Source: Acinetobacter phage nACB2
Length of the DNA stretch: 64,000 nucleotides
Sequence record: OQ032512.1
Strand: one strand, 5' to 3'
Part shown: positions 35,752 through 45,612 of the stretch, piece by piece
How positions within the stretch are numbered: the stretch's first letter is position 1
How the letters are laid out: every line of letters begins with the position of its first letter
Notes under the pieces: model-generated
What the model was told of the DNA's origin: nothing
Seen by the model: only the letters and a program-made list of their open reading frames with translations
Databases searched by the model: none
Program-made: the position numbers and the translations under genes

Positions 35752-36585
35752 TCAAATAAGGGGTTGACCCTTTTCATCTACAAGCTGAGCTTTAGGTGTA
35801 GTCTGAACTTGAGCCACTGCCATTGATGCCGCTGCTGCCGCTGAGTCTTTAGTCATAGATGGAAAGTACGGTTCATGCCAGTCTGCTGATTTCAAGAACT
35901 TATCAGCATCATACGTTTTGCCGTCTGTACCAACTTGATCACCTTTAGAGAAAACGGCAAAGATATTTGGCTCTACTTCTTCATGATAAAGCTCAACGCC
36001 TATTTCTTTGTATTTTTCGTATGTGCGTTCAAGAGCATCTTGACCTTGACATAGTTTAGAAAGGTTGGCTAAGGTGACTTGAGATAAGTCGGCGTGCGGA
36101 TCAATGCCTACAAGGCTAGCAAATTGAAGTAAAACGTTCAACAATTCGCGTAATTTTTCAACAAATGACTTATTAGATACTTTGAGAATACCTTGAAGAG
36201 ACACGAAACAACTTAAATCATCAACCAGACGATCAATTTCTGTTTTATAGTTGTTAAACGCTTCTGAATTGAAGTGTTGTTCACCACCATGAGATGGAAT
36301 AGAGTATAGATGAAAAATTGTAGAATCTTCGTCGCCAGCGCGCCAAAGACTTCCAATTACAGTAGTGAAAAGGTCTGCAATGCCGTCACGGAATTCATCA
36401 GAAACATATCCGTGTTCCATGGCTTCAACAGTTTCGTCCCATTCTGATTTTGAATAAGCGTGCTGGTTGTATGCATTTTTAGAACCGCAAGGAGCGTCAC
36501 CCAACTTACGCGTGAAAAGAGAATTCATACGAGCCACTTGAGTGCCCATAGACATTGCTAGAATATCGCGAATTGTAAAAGACAT
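35752..36585 (-). CDS. Hypothetical protein (277 aa).
   Basis: ORF. Confidence 0.5.
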   Translation of the reverse strand: MSFTIRDILAMSMGTQVARMNSLFTRKLGDAPCGSKNAYNQHAYSKSEWDETVEAMEHGYVSDEFRDGIADLFTTVIGSLWRAGDEDSTIFHLYSIPSHGGEQHFNSEAFNNYKTEIDRLVDDLSCFVSLQGILKVSNKSFVEKLRELLNVLLQFASLVGIDPHADLSQVTLANLSKLCQGQDALERTYEKYKEIGVELYHEEVEPNIFAVFSKGDQVGTDGKTYDADKFLKSADWHEPYFPSMTKDSAAAAASMAVAQVQTTPKAQLVDEKGQPLI

Positions 36586-36602
36586 CTTTTGTTCCTACTG
36601 TA

Positions 36603-36634
36603 GATAAAAAAGGTATGACCGAAATCATACCTTA
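36603..36634 (-). terminator. Rho-independent terminator (aaggtatga-ccgaaa-tcatacctt flanked by T-runs).
   Basis: Read directly. Confidence 0.7.
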
Positions 36635-36656
36635 GTTTTTAAAAAGATTATAAAAA

Positions 36657-38645
36657 TCAAATAACAACCCTGAAGGAATCATCTGACGGTCTCGTTGCAA
36701 TAGGCATAGACTGATAGATGTTAGTGTTAGACGAGCTTGTGTTACTAACATTGTTCACGTTAGTAGTTGAGTTGTTTTGAGCTGCAACAACAGCAGCTTC
36801 CTTCTCAACCTTAGCCTTTTCTTCCTTCTTACCAAATATATCAGACAAAGACGGTAGTTTAGATAACGCCCTTTGAACAAAATTCTGCTCTTCAGGCTTC
36901 TTGGTCTCAGGTTTCTGTTCATCTTCCTTTTGCTTTGGTTTTTCTTCAGTTGGAAGCAGCTTATCACCTAGATCACCAGGAAGTACATTAAGAATCTGTC
37001 TAGCCTTTTCAGTAAACATCTTCTTGAGAGTTGGACCAAGATTAGAGATAAAGTTGGAAATGTCATCAAGAATATCTATAAACACTTGGAATCCGCCCTT
37101 AATAGCAGAAATACCAGCATCTATCTTCTGCACAATGACATCTTTTAGGTCTAATAGCATCTCGAATCTAGCTACAATCAAGTTTGGAATGTTAGAAAGC
37201 AGACCAGCAACCTTTTCTTTTACAAAACCGCCCATGTCTGTTTCAATACCAAACAGACCTAGTAAAGAATCTGCTATACCAACTATACCTCCGATGAAAC
37301 CGCCTATACCTGCGCTCACTCTGTCCCAAAGTGTAATAGCTTCCTTAGCTTTACCCAGAACTTCGTCTGCATTCATGAAGGAACTGAAAAAGTCGAATAT
37401 ACCTACAACTACAGCTATAATTTGCCCGATATACGGTATTCCTTTGGCTAATTTACCGATTTTACCAATCTTACCCAATACACCGCCCAAATCATCGAAC
37501 AATCCGCCCAATTTTCCGAAAATCTTACCAGCTAGATCAGTTACGACAGTCACTACGCCTTTTGCAAACTTCCAAATGTTCTTTGGATTGAGCATAGATA
37601 GAATCATGCCCCCTGCGCCTATGATGAACCGCATAAGAACTTTCATCAGACCTTTTGGCCCAAACAGTAATGGAGTTATAAAATCTAGTAACCCACCTGA
37701 TTTACCTTCTGGCTGCGTCTGAGTTGGTTGTTGACTAGCGTTATTGTTACCCTTTACTTTAAACTTTCTGAAATTGGCTTCCATGCGATGAGCATTGTCG
37801 CGTTCATTCTGATCTTGAGCCATAATGAGCTGCTCTTTCATTACAGCCGAGATATCCTTGATATGCTCTAGAATACTCTCGTCAGCTTCTTTAACCGCAT
37901 GAATATCAGACTTCAGATCGTCCATATGGACAATTACAGTAGGGGCTGGAGACGCAATAGTTGGGACTGTAATCTCGTTGCCGCTTTTCTCAGTAACCTG
38001 TACAGGCGGTAAAGCAACTGGTTTAGGCATATCTTGAACTGGTTTACGCTCAATCTGATGATCCAAGAATGCTGGTGTTTCATCCTTTGTATTCTTGGAT
38101 ACGATTACGCTAGATACCTTTTTCAATGCATCTTTCATAAGACCAAATATTGGCCCAGCGGTATCCATTGTGTCTCCGACAACACCTTGCTTCTGACTCA
38201 TCTTATCCGCTATACGAGACATGAGACTTTCAGTCTTCAGGTTGTCTATAGCTACAACAAGATTACGTTTAACAGCTGCTTCATCTACATTATTCTTCGA
38301 TGAATCTTCAGACAATTTTATGTTATCATTGATTGTCTTCAGAGTGATCATAGCCTGACGTCTGAGTCTAGGGTCATCTAAAGACTTCATCTGCATAGAA
38401 ACGTCCAAAGCTGTCTGTATAGCCGCAGATGTTACAGTATCAATAGTCTTTGATTCATTTAGCTTGATCTGTCTAGTCATCTCGTGCATAGCTTTGAACA
38501 TATCTTCTTTGCTGAGATCATTTTTACCATTCTTAGACAGATTGGACATAGCGTCATTAAGGTCTTTAGTTGCCTTAGCTGTCTCAAGCTCTTGCAGACG
38601 TTTATTAGCCAATTCTGTAGGCGTTTCTCTTTGATTTTCGCTCAT
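36657..38645 (-). CDS. Tape-measure/hub-like virion protein (662 aa; gp29-like by position).
   Basis: N-terminal coiled coil and a C-terminal Gly/hydrophobic repeat region (GKIFGKLGGLFDDLGGVLGKIGKIGKLAKG...). Directly upstream of the gp27-like gene with an ATGA overlap. Confidence 0.5.
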   Translation of the reverse strand: MSENQRETPTELANKRLQELETAKATKDLNDAMSNLSKNGKNDLSKEDMFKAMHEMTRQIKLNESKTIDTVTSAAIQTALDVSMQMKSLDDPRLRRQAMITLKTINDNIKLSEDSSKNNVDEAAVKRNLVVAIDNLKTESLMSRIADKMSQKQGVVGDTMDTAGPIFGLMKDALKKVSSVIVSKNTKDETPAFLDHQIERKPVQDMPKPVALPPVQVTEKSGNEITVPTIASPAPTVIVHMDDLKSDIHAVKEADESILEHIKDISAVMKEQLIMAQDQNERDNAHRMEANFRKFKVKGNNNASQQPTQTQPEGKSGGLLDFITPLLFGPKGLMKVLMRFIIGAGGMILSMLNPKNIWKFAKGVVTVVTDLAGKIFGKLGGLFDDLGGVLGKIGKIGKLAKGIPYIGQIIAVVVGIFDFFSSFMNADEVLGKAKEAITLWDRVSAGIGGFIGGIVGIADSLLGLFGIETDMGGFVKEKVAGLLSNIPNLIVARFEMLLDLKDVIVQKIDAGISAIKGGFQVFIDILDDISNFISNLGPTLKKMFTEKARQILNVLPGDLGDKLLPTEEKPKQKEDEQKPETKKPEEQNFVQRALSKLPSLSDIFGKKEEKAKVEKEAAVVAAQNNSTTNVNNVSNTSSSNTNIYQSMPIATRPSDDSFRVVI

Positions 38646-39949
38646 GATTTAGCTTCCGGAATTAATTTATCGGCTGGTTTGTTCTCGGGCTTCTGGGCTT
38701 CTTTACCTTCTACAACCTTCTTGTCTGATTCAGCTGCCGCAGGTAGTCCTATTTCCGATCTAACATCAGCCGCATAGCTATCCTTACAGAGTTCTAGTGA
38801 GCAACTGTAATTGTTTTGTCGAATAAGGTGACATAGAGATACAATAAGCCAACGCCCAGACGTCAGAGTTTCGTTCTGAACAGCAGAAGATGAGAAGTCA
38901 GGAACATCCATCTCGATAATCTGTCCAGCTCTATACCCACTATCGCCAGGAACTACTATCTTCATACGATAAAAGTCTAACATGGACATCATCATGTTTC
39001 TGTAGACTTCACCTTCATGACTTTTGTCTGCTCTGGTATACATAAAGCTAACATGAAACATTTTGCTATCCGCTTCTGGATACAGCGGAAACTGATCTAT
39101 CTTAGCAAAATCTTCTGCTTCAGATAGCGTTCTGTAGTCAAATGTTTGTTTCTCAATGCTTCTAGACTCTGAATCGAGAAGAATGACATTCACGCCCCAA
39201 GCTGAATTAGACAGTTGACGCATTCTATCTGCTGAGGCTTTATATTCCCACTTTTGTACTCTTCTCCAAGCCTTGTCTCCGTCAGTGTCAACCCTAGATG
39301 GCTCAATAAAGACTTTTGTGTATGGCTCTTGAGAGTAGACGTTGTACAAAGACTTGAAATTATAACCGTCCATTGTTTCCCAAAACATAAATGGATCAGT
39401 TTTAACGCCGTATGCCCTAGAAGCAACCCACTGACAAGCCTTTAAAGGCGACCAATATGGACATATGAAGGTCTGATTATAATTGGCTACATCCTTCACA
39501 AGAGATGTAGTCGTACCCAAATCTTTCAGCAACATATCAACAATGTTGTCATACGTTCCATCGTAAGCCTTTGATAGATTTATTTTAAAGTCTAGATAAC
39601 GGTCTTGAGTGATAAGGTGTAGAGTGTATACCTGTTTATTGGTTTGGTCAGTCTGTAAACGTTCACCCACCTTGGCCACACAAAGCGTAAGCGTTTGGAC
39701 ATCGGGTTGAGAAGGTGTTTTGAAACGTAGGTCTACGAATTCACCTCCCACTAATGGGAAAGATTCTGGAAGATTGATCAAGTCATTCATTACAATATGA
39801 GCGAAAATGGTAGGAGAAAACATATCCTCATGTATAGCAATCTCGTACGCAAAATCTCTTATATCAAACTTTTCGTCTTCAGGCGTTCCTTCTCTGTAAA
39901 GATTGATACACTCTATTCGAAATGTGTCTAATGGTATGAAGTCGCTCAT
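38642..39949 (-). CDS. Baseplate hub protein (gp27/gpD-like by position), 435 aa.
   Basis: Positional: between the tape-measure-like and gp53-like genes, coupled to both. No motif confirmed. Confidence 0.35.
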   Translation of the reverse strand: MSDFIPLDTFRIECINLYREGTPEDEKFDIRDFAYEIAIHEDMFSPTIFAHIVMNDLINLPESFPLVGGEFVDLRFKTPSQPDVQTLTLCVAKVGERLQTDQTNKQVYTLHLITQDRYLDFKINLSKAYDGTYDNIVDMLLKDLGTTTSLVKDVANYNQTFICPYWSPLKACQWVASRAYGVKTDPFMFWETMDGYNFKSLYNVYSQEPYTKVFIEPSRVDTDGDKAWRRVQKWEYKASADRMRQLSNSAWGVNVILLDSESRSIEKQTFDYRTLSEAEDFAKIDQFPLYPEADSKMFHVSFMYTRADKSHEGEVYRNMMMSMLDFYRMKIVVPGDSGYRAGQIIEMDVPDFSSSAVQNETLTSGRWLIVSLCHLIRQNNYSCSLELCKDSYAADVRSEIGLPAAAESDKKVVEGKEAQKPENKPADKLIPEAKS

Positions 39950-40485
39950 CTGAACATAGTCTCCAACTGAGTTGTTATATTGGAAACGTACTCAGGCAAA
40001 AGTAGTTTAATCTTTCTTTTCTCTTCATTCAAATTGTAAAAATGAGTGAAGTACGAAACAGACGTCAAACTGTATTTTTGAATTGCTTCGTTAGTACTTG
40101 ACGCCTCACCTAGATCAACATAGGCTTCTGGTGTATGAACATTACCTTTTGAATCAACCCATTGATACACATCACTATACTCATTCTCCGGAAACGTTTT
40201 CTTAAACCATTCCCTGAATCCATACTCAGGTATTGGCCAACTGTCATCTACGTTAACCATATCATTCAGAAGAGAAATGAGAAACCAATAGTGATGCGAT
40301 CCATACACTGTTTTAGATAGACCTGAAAGTGTATCTGAGTCTTTTAAGGTGTATTGAATCCAATACTTTGAATTATTTTTGTATTCATCTGGAATAGCAA
40401 CATGCTTAGTCAGATCAGGGATCGCTACAATCTGACCTTGCTTATTGTATTCTGCCTGTCCGAAAAAACGAGATATCATCGCCAT
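39946..40485 (-). CDS. Baseplate wedge protein gp53-like (LysM-like motif).
   Basis: 'DTLSGLSKTVYGSHHYWFLISLLNDMVNVDDSWPIP' parallels T4 gp53 'ELANAIYGNPQLYWVLLMCNDNYDPYYGW'. Start moved to the ATG at 40485. Confidence 0.55.
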   Translation of the reverse strand: MAMISRFFGQAEYNKQGQIVAIPDLTKHVAIPDEYKNNSKYWIQYTLKDSDTLSGLSKTVYGSHHYWFLISLLNDMVNVDDSWPIPEYGFREWFKKTFPENEYSDVYQWVDSKGNVHTPEAYVDLGEASSTNEAIQKYSLTSVSYFTHFYNLNEEKRKIKLLLPEYVSNITTQLETMFR

Positions 40486-40550
40486 TCTTCTCAAAAGTTC
40501 AATTATTGAAACTACTTAGTGTTCATGATCAGTATTTCTTAAAATTCGAT

Positions 40551-40584
40551 AAAAAGCCCCTGTACTAGACAAGGGCTTTTGTAT
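40551..40584. terminator. Hairpin terminator, family 1 (aaagcccctgt-actaga-caagggcttt).
   Basis: Near-identical to 11510-11541. Confidence 0.7.
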
Positions 40585-40615
40585 ACTTTTTCGTCATTCC
40601 AGACTACTATATGGA

Positions 40616-41617
40616 TCAGTAGCTTTCATTAGGGTCGTTATTCTCATCTTTCACGAGTCTCAACAACTCAGTGAATTGTAATTCTACAGTTACAGATTGA
40701 GGAACATAATCGCCGTCAGCAGTCTTGATGACAGAAAAACCACCGTTAGGCGTTCTATTCACTGAAATGTTTATCAAACCAGCTGTTTGTAATTTTGTCC
40801 AATATTTTGAACGATTACCTGTTTTACAATCAACGAAGCTGATATCAAATGTATATGGCGCTCTGAAGTATGAACCGTTATCAGTGCCATTCACCCATAA
40901 CTCAGGTAAAGCTGCGTGCTTGAACCGATGAATAATTTGTTGCATTGATTCAGCTTCTTTTTGATTTCTAGGCGTGAATGTAAATTGGAACGGAAGCATA
41001 CGGTTGTTTACATTCGAGAATAGCATCTCAGTGAAGTCGTTTGCCTTGATACCAGCCATAAGCTCTACATAACGTCTAGCGCCGTCAGCAACCTTAGCTA
41101 AATTTCCACCACCCTTACCAGCAACCTTAGCTAAAACTCCGGGAGCAGCTGCAGCTACCTGTTGTCCTGCGCCACCAAAGTCACCTTGAACTACAGACTG
41201 TATGAGTTCAGCATTTCTAGCCAGACCGCCAAATTCAAATTGCGTCCAAGCGATGTTTAAGTTTTCGATCCACTGATCGGGCATAGGAAGAACGATAGAT
41301 TCTCCTGTTTTTCTGTATCCCGGAAGTGATGAACGTACAGAAGCAGCATTGGTTGCGTTTCCTTTCTTCTGCATTTCCACTTCAGTATTCTCCACGCCTG
41401 AAGTGTTCTTGGACTTCAGTTTACCGCCGCCAGTAGTGGATGCTTCTTTAGTGTAATCAATGGCATTGAGCTCAAACATAACAACCAATCCAGGATGATC
41501 ATCCCGATCAATTAGATCAATAGGCATAATCAGTTGCTGCTGTAGGTTTGATTTCTTCTCTGTACTATTGCCGTTGTTTAGCTTTTTTGACAGTTTCTCT
41601 GCGACTGACGTTGCCAT
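40616..41617 (-). CDS. Tail tube/baseplate-tube junction protein (gp48/gp54-like), 333 aa.
   Basis: ATG at 41617 with SD AGGTGA. The gp19-like features are weak: 'RDDHPGLVVMFEL' at the N-terminus and 'VTVELQFTEL' at the C-terminus. Location is next to gp19 and gp53-like. It overlaps the upstream gene by 53 nt. Confidence 0.4.
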   Translation of the reverse strand: MATSVAEKLSKKLNNGNSTEKKSNLQQQLIMPIDLIDRDDHPGLVVMFELNAIDYTKEASTTGGGKLKSKNTSGVENTEVEMQKKGNATNAASVRSSLPGYRKTGESIVLPMPDQWIENLNIAWTQFEFGGLARNAELIQSVVQGDFGGAGQQVAAAAPGVLAKVAGKGGGNLAKVADGARRYVELMAGIKANDFTEMLFSNVNNRMLPFQFTFTPRNQKEAESMQQIIHRFKHAALPELWVNGTDNGSYFRAPYTFDISFVDCKTGNRSKYWTKLQTAGLINISVNRTPNGGFSVIKTADGDYVPQSVTVELQFTELLRLVKDENNDPNESY

Positions 41618-42113
41618 TTGTCTTCACCTTTGGTTTTGGATGTTTATACGCCTTGATAGCGTTATGGTTAGGCATAATATGATCTTCGGTTAGAATGATG
41701 AACTGAGATCCGTCTTGTTTAGCAACTTCAATTGCTGCCGTCCATTTAGCCTTATTGATCAACCATGTCTTGCAACGTTCTTGGAATGTATATTCACTTT
41801 CACTTGGGCCACGTTTAGGTTCAACAGTTTCTTTCTTTGGTTTCACTTCAACCATGAACTTTTTAATACCGTCAGCCGTATTACTCCAGAATGCAAAATC
41901 TAAAATATATCTGTGCATTCTGGAATCTACAGGACTCCAGTAAGGTATTTCTTGCTCTTCAGACTGCCATTTCAAGATGTTTTCATTTTCATCTAAAAAC
42001 TTCATCAGAATGCGTTCCCACGAACTTCTAAAAACGACGTTCGTAGGGTCTCCAATGTACTTCTTTGGATTAATTAGTTGATATTTGCCTTGATGCCATT
42101 TACCGTATGCCAT
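41565..42113 (-). CDS. PD-(D/E)XK-like protein (182 aa), possibly gp4-like head completion.
   Basis: 'HRYILDFAFW...KKFMVEVKPKKE' (D...E-V-K). TAATG coupled with the upstream gene. Confidence 0.4.
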   Translation of the reverse strand: MAYGKWHQGKYQLINPKKYIGDPTNVVFRSSWERILMKFLDENENILKWQSEEQEIPYWSPVDSRMHRYILDFAFWSNTADGIKKFMVEVKPKKETVEPKRGPSESEYTFQERCKTWLINKAKWTAAIEVAKQDGSQFIILTEDHIMPNHNAIKAYKHPKPKVKTNGNVSRRETVKKAKQRQ

Positions 42114-42433
42114 TAGTCATCATCCTCGATAGGTATCATATCAACAGTCTGTCCAGCTAGCGAATGATGACAATCAGAAAGAAATTGGATCTTCCCGTCT
42201 GTCATGAAAAGATGACATCTGCTCTCTGGGTGGTGGTCATTTACAAGTAATGACGGAGTGAATGTTGGTTTGTTCACATCTCCATTGAACTGCCATGTCG
42301 ATCCATTTGGATGTGCGTTGGCATCTGTATGATATGGATGCATATATTTACATCCTGGACACTTGAAATAATAAACGCCAGTATCACTCTTTTCCAAATA
42401 CGGACTAACCAGTTTCCAATATTCTGTACTCAT
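42113..42433 (-). CDS. Cys/His-rich small protein (106 aa).
   Basis: 'CPGCKYMH...CHLF...CHH'. Confidence 0.45.
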   Translation of the reverse strand: MSTEYWKLVSPYLEKSDTGVYYFKCPGCKYMHPYHTDANAHPNGSTWQFNGDVNKPTFTPSLLVNDHHPESRCHLFMTDGKIQFLSDCHHSLAGQTVDMIPIEDDD

Positions 42434-43008
42434 GCTTGAACATCTCCACTTGTCACAGATTGTTTATCCATAGACTTCAGCTTGCGATATTTGAACGTCA
42501 CTTGGAACGTTCCATATGTGTCGCGTTCATCTCTATTGACTGTCACGTCAGTTATTGTAGATGGCCAAGCCTCAGTAATATCGCAATGTCTGGATACCTT
42601 GTCATCTCTAGTTTTTAACTTAACGCTCATTCTATCAGTTATGTAATCGTCATAGAATGCCACACTATGGTCTTCCTTGAATATACTTTCCTTCCACACG
42701 GTGAATAGTTTATGTTCCATCATATCACCAGCGCACATGAACGTGATACTGAAGTCTCCATTAGCCTTTTCGTATGCAACGTACGCAGTATATCCAACGT
42801 GAATTTCTGACGCAGCTGCCGTATATCCTGGTAGATTAGTGTCTTTAGCCATTAGCGTCAATCTTGAATTGATTGGTTCACTACCGTATTCTTGATTGAA
42901 TTTTGTTATAACAGATTCAGGGATTGCAATTTCAACGTCATATCTATTCGGACGTTGAACATCCTTGGTCTTTACTAGATTCACAAATTGTTGAAGTTGC
43001 GCACTCAT
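42430..43008 (-). CDS. gp19: Tail tube protein gp19-like.
   Basis: 'QRPNRYDVEIAIPE' vs T4 gp19 'ARPNLFQVEISYLG'; C-terminus 'TFQVTFKYRKL' vs 'TFEVTLALDYWE'. Confidence 0.7.
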   Translation of the reverse strand: MSAQLQQFVNLVKTKDVQRPNRYDVEIAIPESVITKFNQEYGSEPINSRLTLMAKDTNLPGYTAAASEIHVGYTAYVAYEKANGDFSITFMCAGDMMEHKLFTVWKESIFKEDHSVAFYDDYITDRMSVKLKTRDDKVSRHCDITEAWPSTITDVTVNRDERDTYGTFQVTFKYRKLKSMDKQSVTSGDVQA

Positions 43009-43026
43009 GATATATACCTCTCAATA

Positions 43027-43040
43027 CATAAATATTTATG
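43027..43040. promoter_or_regulatory. Palindromic late-promoter-like element CATAAATATTTATG between the divergent gp19 and 43066 genes.
   Basis: Both strands read cATAAATAtt, which matches 7 of 8 positions of the T4 late -10 consensus TATAAATA. It lies about 25-30 nt from each start codon. Confidence 0.4.
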
Positions 43041-43065
43041 ACATACAATTTGAGAGTATAGCAAG

Positions 43066-43737
43066 ATGTCTGATGAATATATGAGCCCAGTCATGCTGGA
43101 CAAATACTGGAACAAGTTCTTCAAGGCAAACGCGACTCAAGAAAAACAATACAGTAAACAAGCGGTAGAATGGTTCCAAAAACGTATCGCAAAGGATTTA
43201 AAGGTACAAGCTGGAAAAATCATTGACGCGGACTCAGACTACAAGAAAAGAACAGCTAAACAGACAGCTAGACTAAGCGCTGGTTCATTGTACACCTTTG
43301 AGTATGAGGCAGAAGGGGCTGGCGGAGAACACGGTATGTATGACCGTTTTCCAATGTGTTTCTTCTTTAACTCATTTAAGAGTAAGGAGGGCAAGACTAT
43401 TCTGTTGGGATTGAACGTCCATTACCTTACGCCAGCTCAAAGGGCTACACTGTATAAAGGGCTTATGAAGCTGAAGAATACAAAAGGTATGTCGGAGAGA
43501 ACAAGACTGAGATTAGAATGGGAAGCAATATTATCAGTTGCAGGTAGTAAGATCGCAGACCTAGCAGTCCACGCGTACCGCGCAGACCGTTTTAGGTCGC
43601 ATGTTGTTGAGATAAGACCAGAAGATTGGATTGTATGCGTCTTTTTACGCACGGAACGCTGGCTTAAACCTGTTTCAGCTGATCCAGCTGTACAATCTCA
43701 TGTGCGTAGAATTATTAGGCGCAAAGCGCTACGTTAA
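43066..43737 (+). CDS. Basic protein (223 aa); possibly gp2-like DNA end protector or other virion protein.
   Basis: Lys/Arg-rich. Divergent from gp19 and shares the palindromic late-promoter-like element. Confidence 0.5.
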   Translation: MSDEYMSPVMLDKYWNKFFKANATQEKQYSKQAVEWFQKRIAKDLKVQAGKIIDADSDYKKRTAKQTARLSAGSLYTFEYEAEGAGGEHGMYDRFPMCFFFNSFKSKEGKTILLGLNVHYLTPAQRATLYKGLMKLKNTKGMSERTRLRLEWEAILSVAGSKIADLAVHAYRADRFRSHVVEIRPEDWIVCVFLRTERWLKPVSADPAVQSHVRRIIRRKALR

Positions 43738-44341
43738 AACAGCGCGCAATGATGTTATCCATATCATTCCAATGTTGCGTTTGAATGATACTACTAGAGA
43801 CATCGCCGTTGGATAACAACTTCATATTTTGGGGCGTAATTTGGTTTAGTTGAACTAGATGACGCCCCAATTTTTTATGCTCAAAATTCTGAGGTGCGTT
43901 GTGCACTCCCATAAGAACTTTTGGATTATCATCAATAAGCATATTGAAGTCATAATGACTCTTACAACTCATAGAATCAATCATTTCAATATCTTCGCCA
44001 AAGTGACGTTGTAAGAATGATTGTTTTGAATCTTTATGACCAGCATAACAAATTGTCAAGAAATAAACGTCAAAATGCTCTTTTAATTTTTCGTACGCTT
44101 CTACAGAACCATCCATTGGTTGAAGATTATCGTACAAGTCATTCTTTTTCCAAAAATCATTAATCTGATCAGGATCAACGCCGTAAAGATTAGCTAGGTG
44201 ATGATTATAGTGACCATCTAAGGATTCGTATGTCGGGCGAATGTAATCTTCTGGATGGTTAACTCCCATCCATTGAACCCAAGGTTGTAGAACATCTACC
44301 ACCGTCATGTCTACGTCTATCGCCAATTGTAATTTTTTCAT
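43715..44341 (-). CDS. HAD-superfamily phosphatase, 5'(3')-deoxyribonucleotidase-like.
   Basis: Motif I 'IDVDMTVVD' (DxDxT) near the N-terminus; about 200 aa. Confidence 0.55.
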   Translation of the reverse strand: MKKLQLAIDVDMTVVDVLQPWVQWMGVNHPEDYIRPTYESLDGHYNHHLANLYGVDPDQINDFWKKNDLYDNLQPMDGSVEAYEKLKEHFDVYFLTICYAGHKDSKQSFLQRHFGEDIEMIDSMSCKSHYDFNMLIDDNPKVLMGVHNAPQNFEHKKLGRHLVQLNQITPQNMKLLSNGDVSSSIIQTQHWNDMDNIIARCFNVALCA

Positions 44342-44410
44342 TTTGAATGATATTCCACTGAAAGTTATTGAGAAAAAGAAAGGTGACCGAAGCCACCTTT
44401 CTTTACGCCT

Positions 44411-45508
44411 TTAGTCGCGCAATAGATCCGCTAGGGAGTCTAAGTCATCTTCAGCAGCTGGAGACGCAGCAGCTGTAGTTGGAGCAGGAGTATTGGCGGC
44501 TGGAGTATCTGACGCAGCATCCAAAGAATTAGATGTATTAGCTGTATTTGGGTTTGAAGCGCCCGCACTTGGAGCAGGAGCGCTAGCAGCACCGCTAATA
44601 TTATGCGCTTGAGTACCAGCTACTGGATTGAAGTTTTCGTCCATATTCATGACTTTACAAAATTCTTTCTTCATAACATCATATGAAGGGAAATTTTTAC
44701 GGTCTAAGAATTCAAGCAACGAGAACGATTCGCGCCAGTATTTTTCAATTTCAGCTTCATCGGCAGAAACAGGAGTTGATTTCGAATCCCATTCACAATG
44801 TTTAAAGTCTGGAACCCAAGATTCACGACCACCAAAGTTACGTTTTTCAAATGTCAACTTCAAATGAAGGTTGCGACCTGCGAATGCGTCAAACGGATCA
44901 AACGGATCAGCGCCAAATTTAGGCTCATTCGCTTCATCAAGTAATTTACGCACCGCGCGACCAAATTTAAACAACTTCACTTTACCGTTGTTTTCTGGAT
45001 TTACGCTGTCTGAGATAACAAGAACGTTCGCGTAATAGTCTTCAGATGGAATGTAATTCAACAAGTCCTTCTTACGGCGTTCATAGTCCGGATGACCCTC
45101 ACCCAATTTCTTGAGATCACCCCACTTCGGACCTGACCATTCACGAACTGGATCTTCTTCACCAAACGTTTGAGGAGAGTTGAAGTTGAACCATTTTCCG
45201 CCTGTACCTTTAAACTGATGACGTAAAACTTTAACAACAGGAGTTAAGTCTTCAGCAATGAATGTACCAGCTTCTACGCCTTCCATATCTACAGCTGGAA
45301 TAGGCAAGAAACGAATAACGCAAACGGACTCGTTTGTTTTTTCGTCGCGCGCATATTTCCAGACGCGTGGATCATCGTAGTTGTTTTTCTCAGTTTTCTC
45401 CAAAGTTTTTTGGAGTTGAGCCATGTTGTTAGAACCTTGTTTGCGTAAAGCACCAAAATCTACAGGCATTTCTTTCTTCCTTCTATTTCCGTCATTCTGG
45501 TTATTCAT
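44411..45508 (-). CDS. gp32: Single-stranded DNA-binding protein gp32.
   Basis: 'CVIRFLPIP' vs T4 'AVIRFLPSK'; 'YYANVLVISDSVNPENNGKVKLFKFGRAV' vs '[29 protein letters not shown]'; acidic C-terminus '...EDDLDSLADLLRD'. Confidence 0.85.
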   Translation of the reverse strand: MNNQNDGNRRKKEMPVDFGALRKQGSNNMAQLQKTLEKTEKNNYDDPRVWKYARDEKTNESVCVIRFLPIPAVDMEGVEAGTFIAEDLTPVVKVLRHQFKGTGGKWFNFNSPQTFGEEDPVREWSGPKWGDLKKLGEGHPDYERRKKDLLNYIPSEDYYANVLVISDSVNPENNGKVKLFKFGRAVRKLLDEANEPKFGADPFDPFDAFAGRNLHLKLTFEKRNFGGRESWVPDFKHCEWDSKSTPVSADEAEIEKYWRESFSLLEFLDRKNFPSYDVMKKEFCKVMNMDENFNPVAGTQAHNISGAASAPAPSAGASNPNTANTSNSLDAASDTPAANTPAPTTAAASPAAEDDLDSLADLLRD

Positions 45509-45612
45509 GGTTGACGGCTGACCAACGTTTGGACTATTGCCCTAGTGAGTTTATCTCACCTCTTCAGTGAGAGATATTATATATCCCTCATCTGAATTTC
45601 TTAAAAATCAAA

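Noticed and set aside
36901-37722. 273-aa plus-strand ORF inside the tape-measure-like gene.
   Set aside because: It is antisense to a well-supported long gene. The translation is low-complexity (Ser/Pro/Phe-rich), which is typical of a shadow ORF opposite a Gly/Lys-rich coding region.
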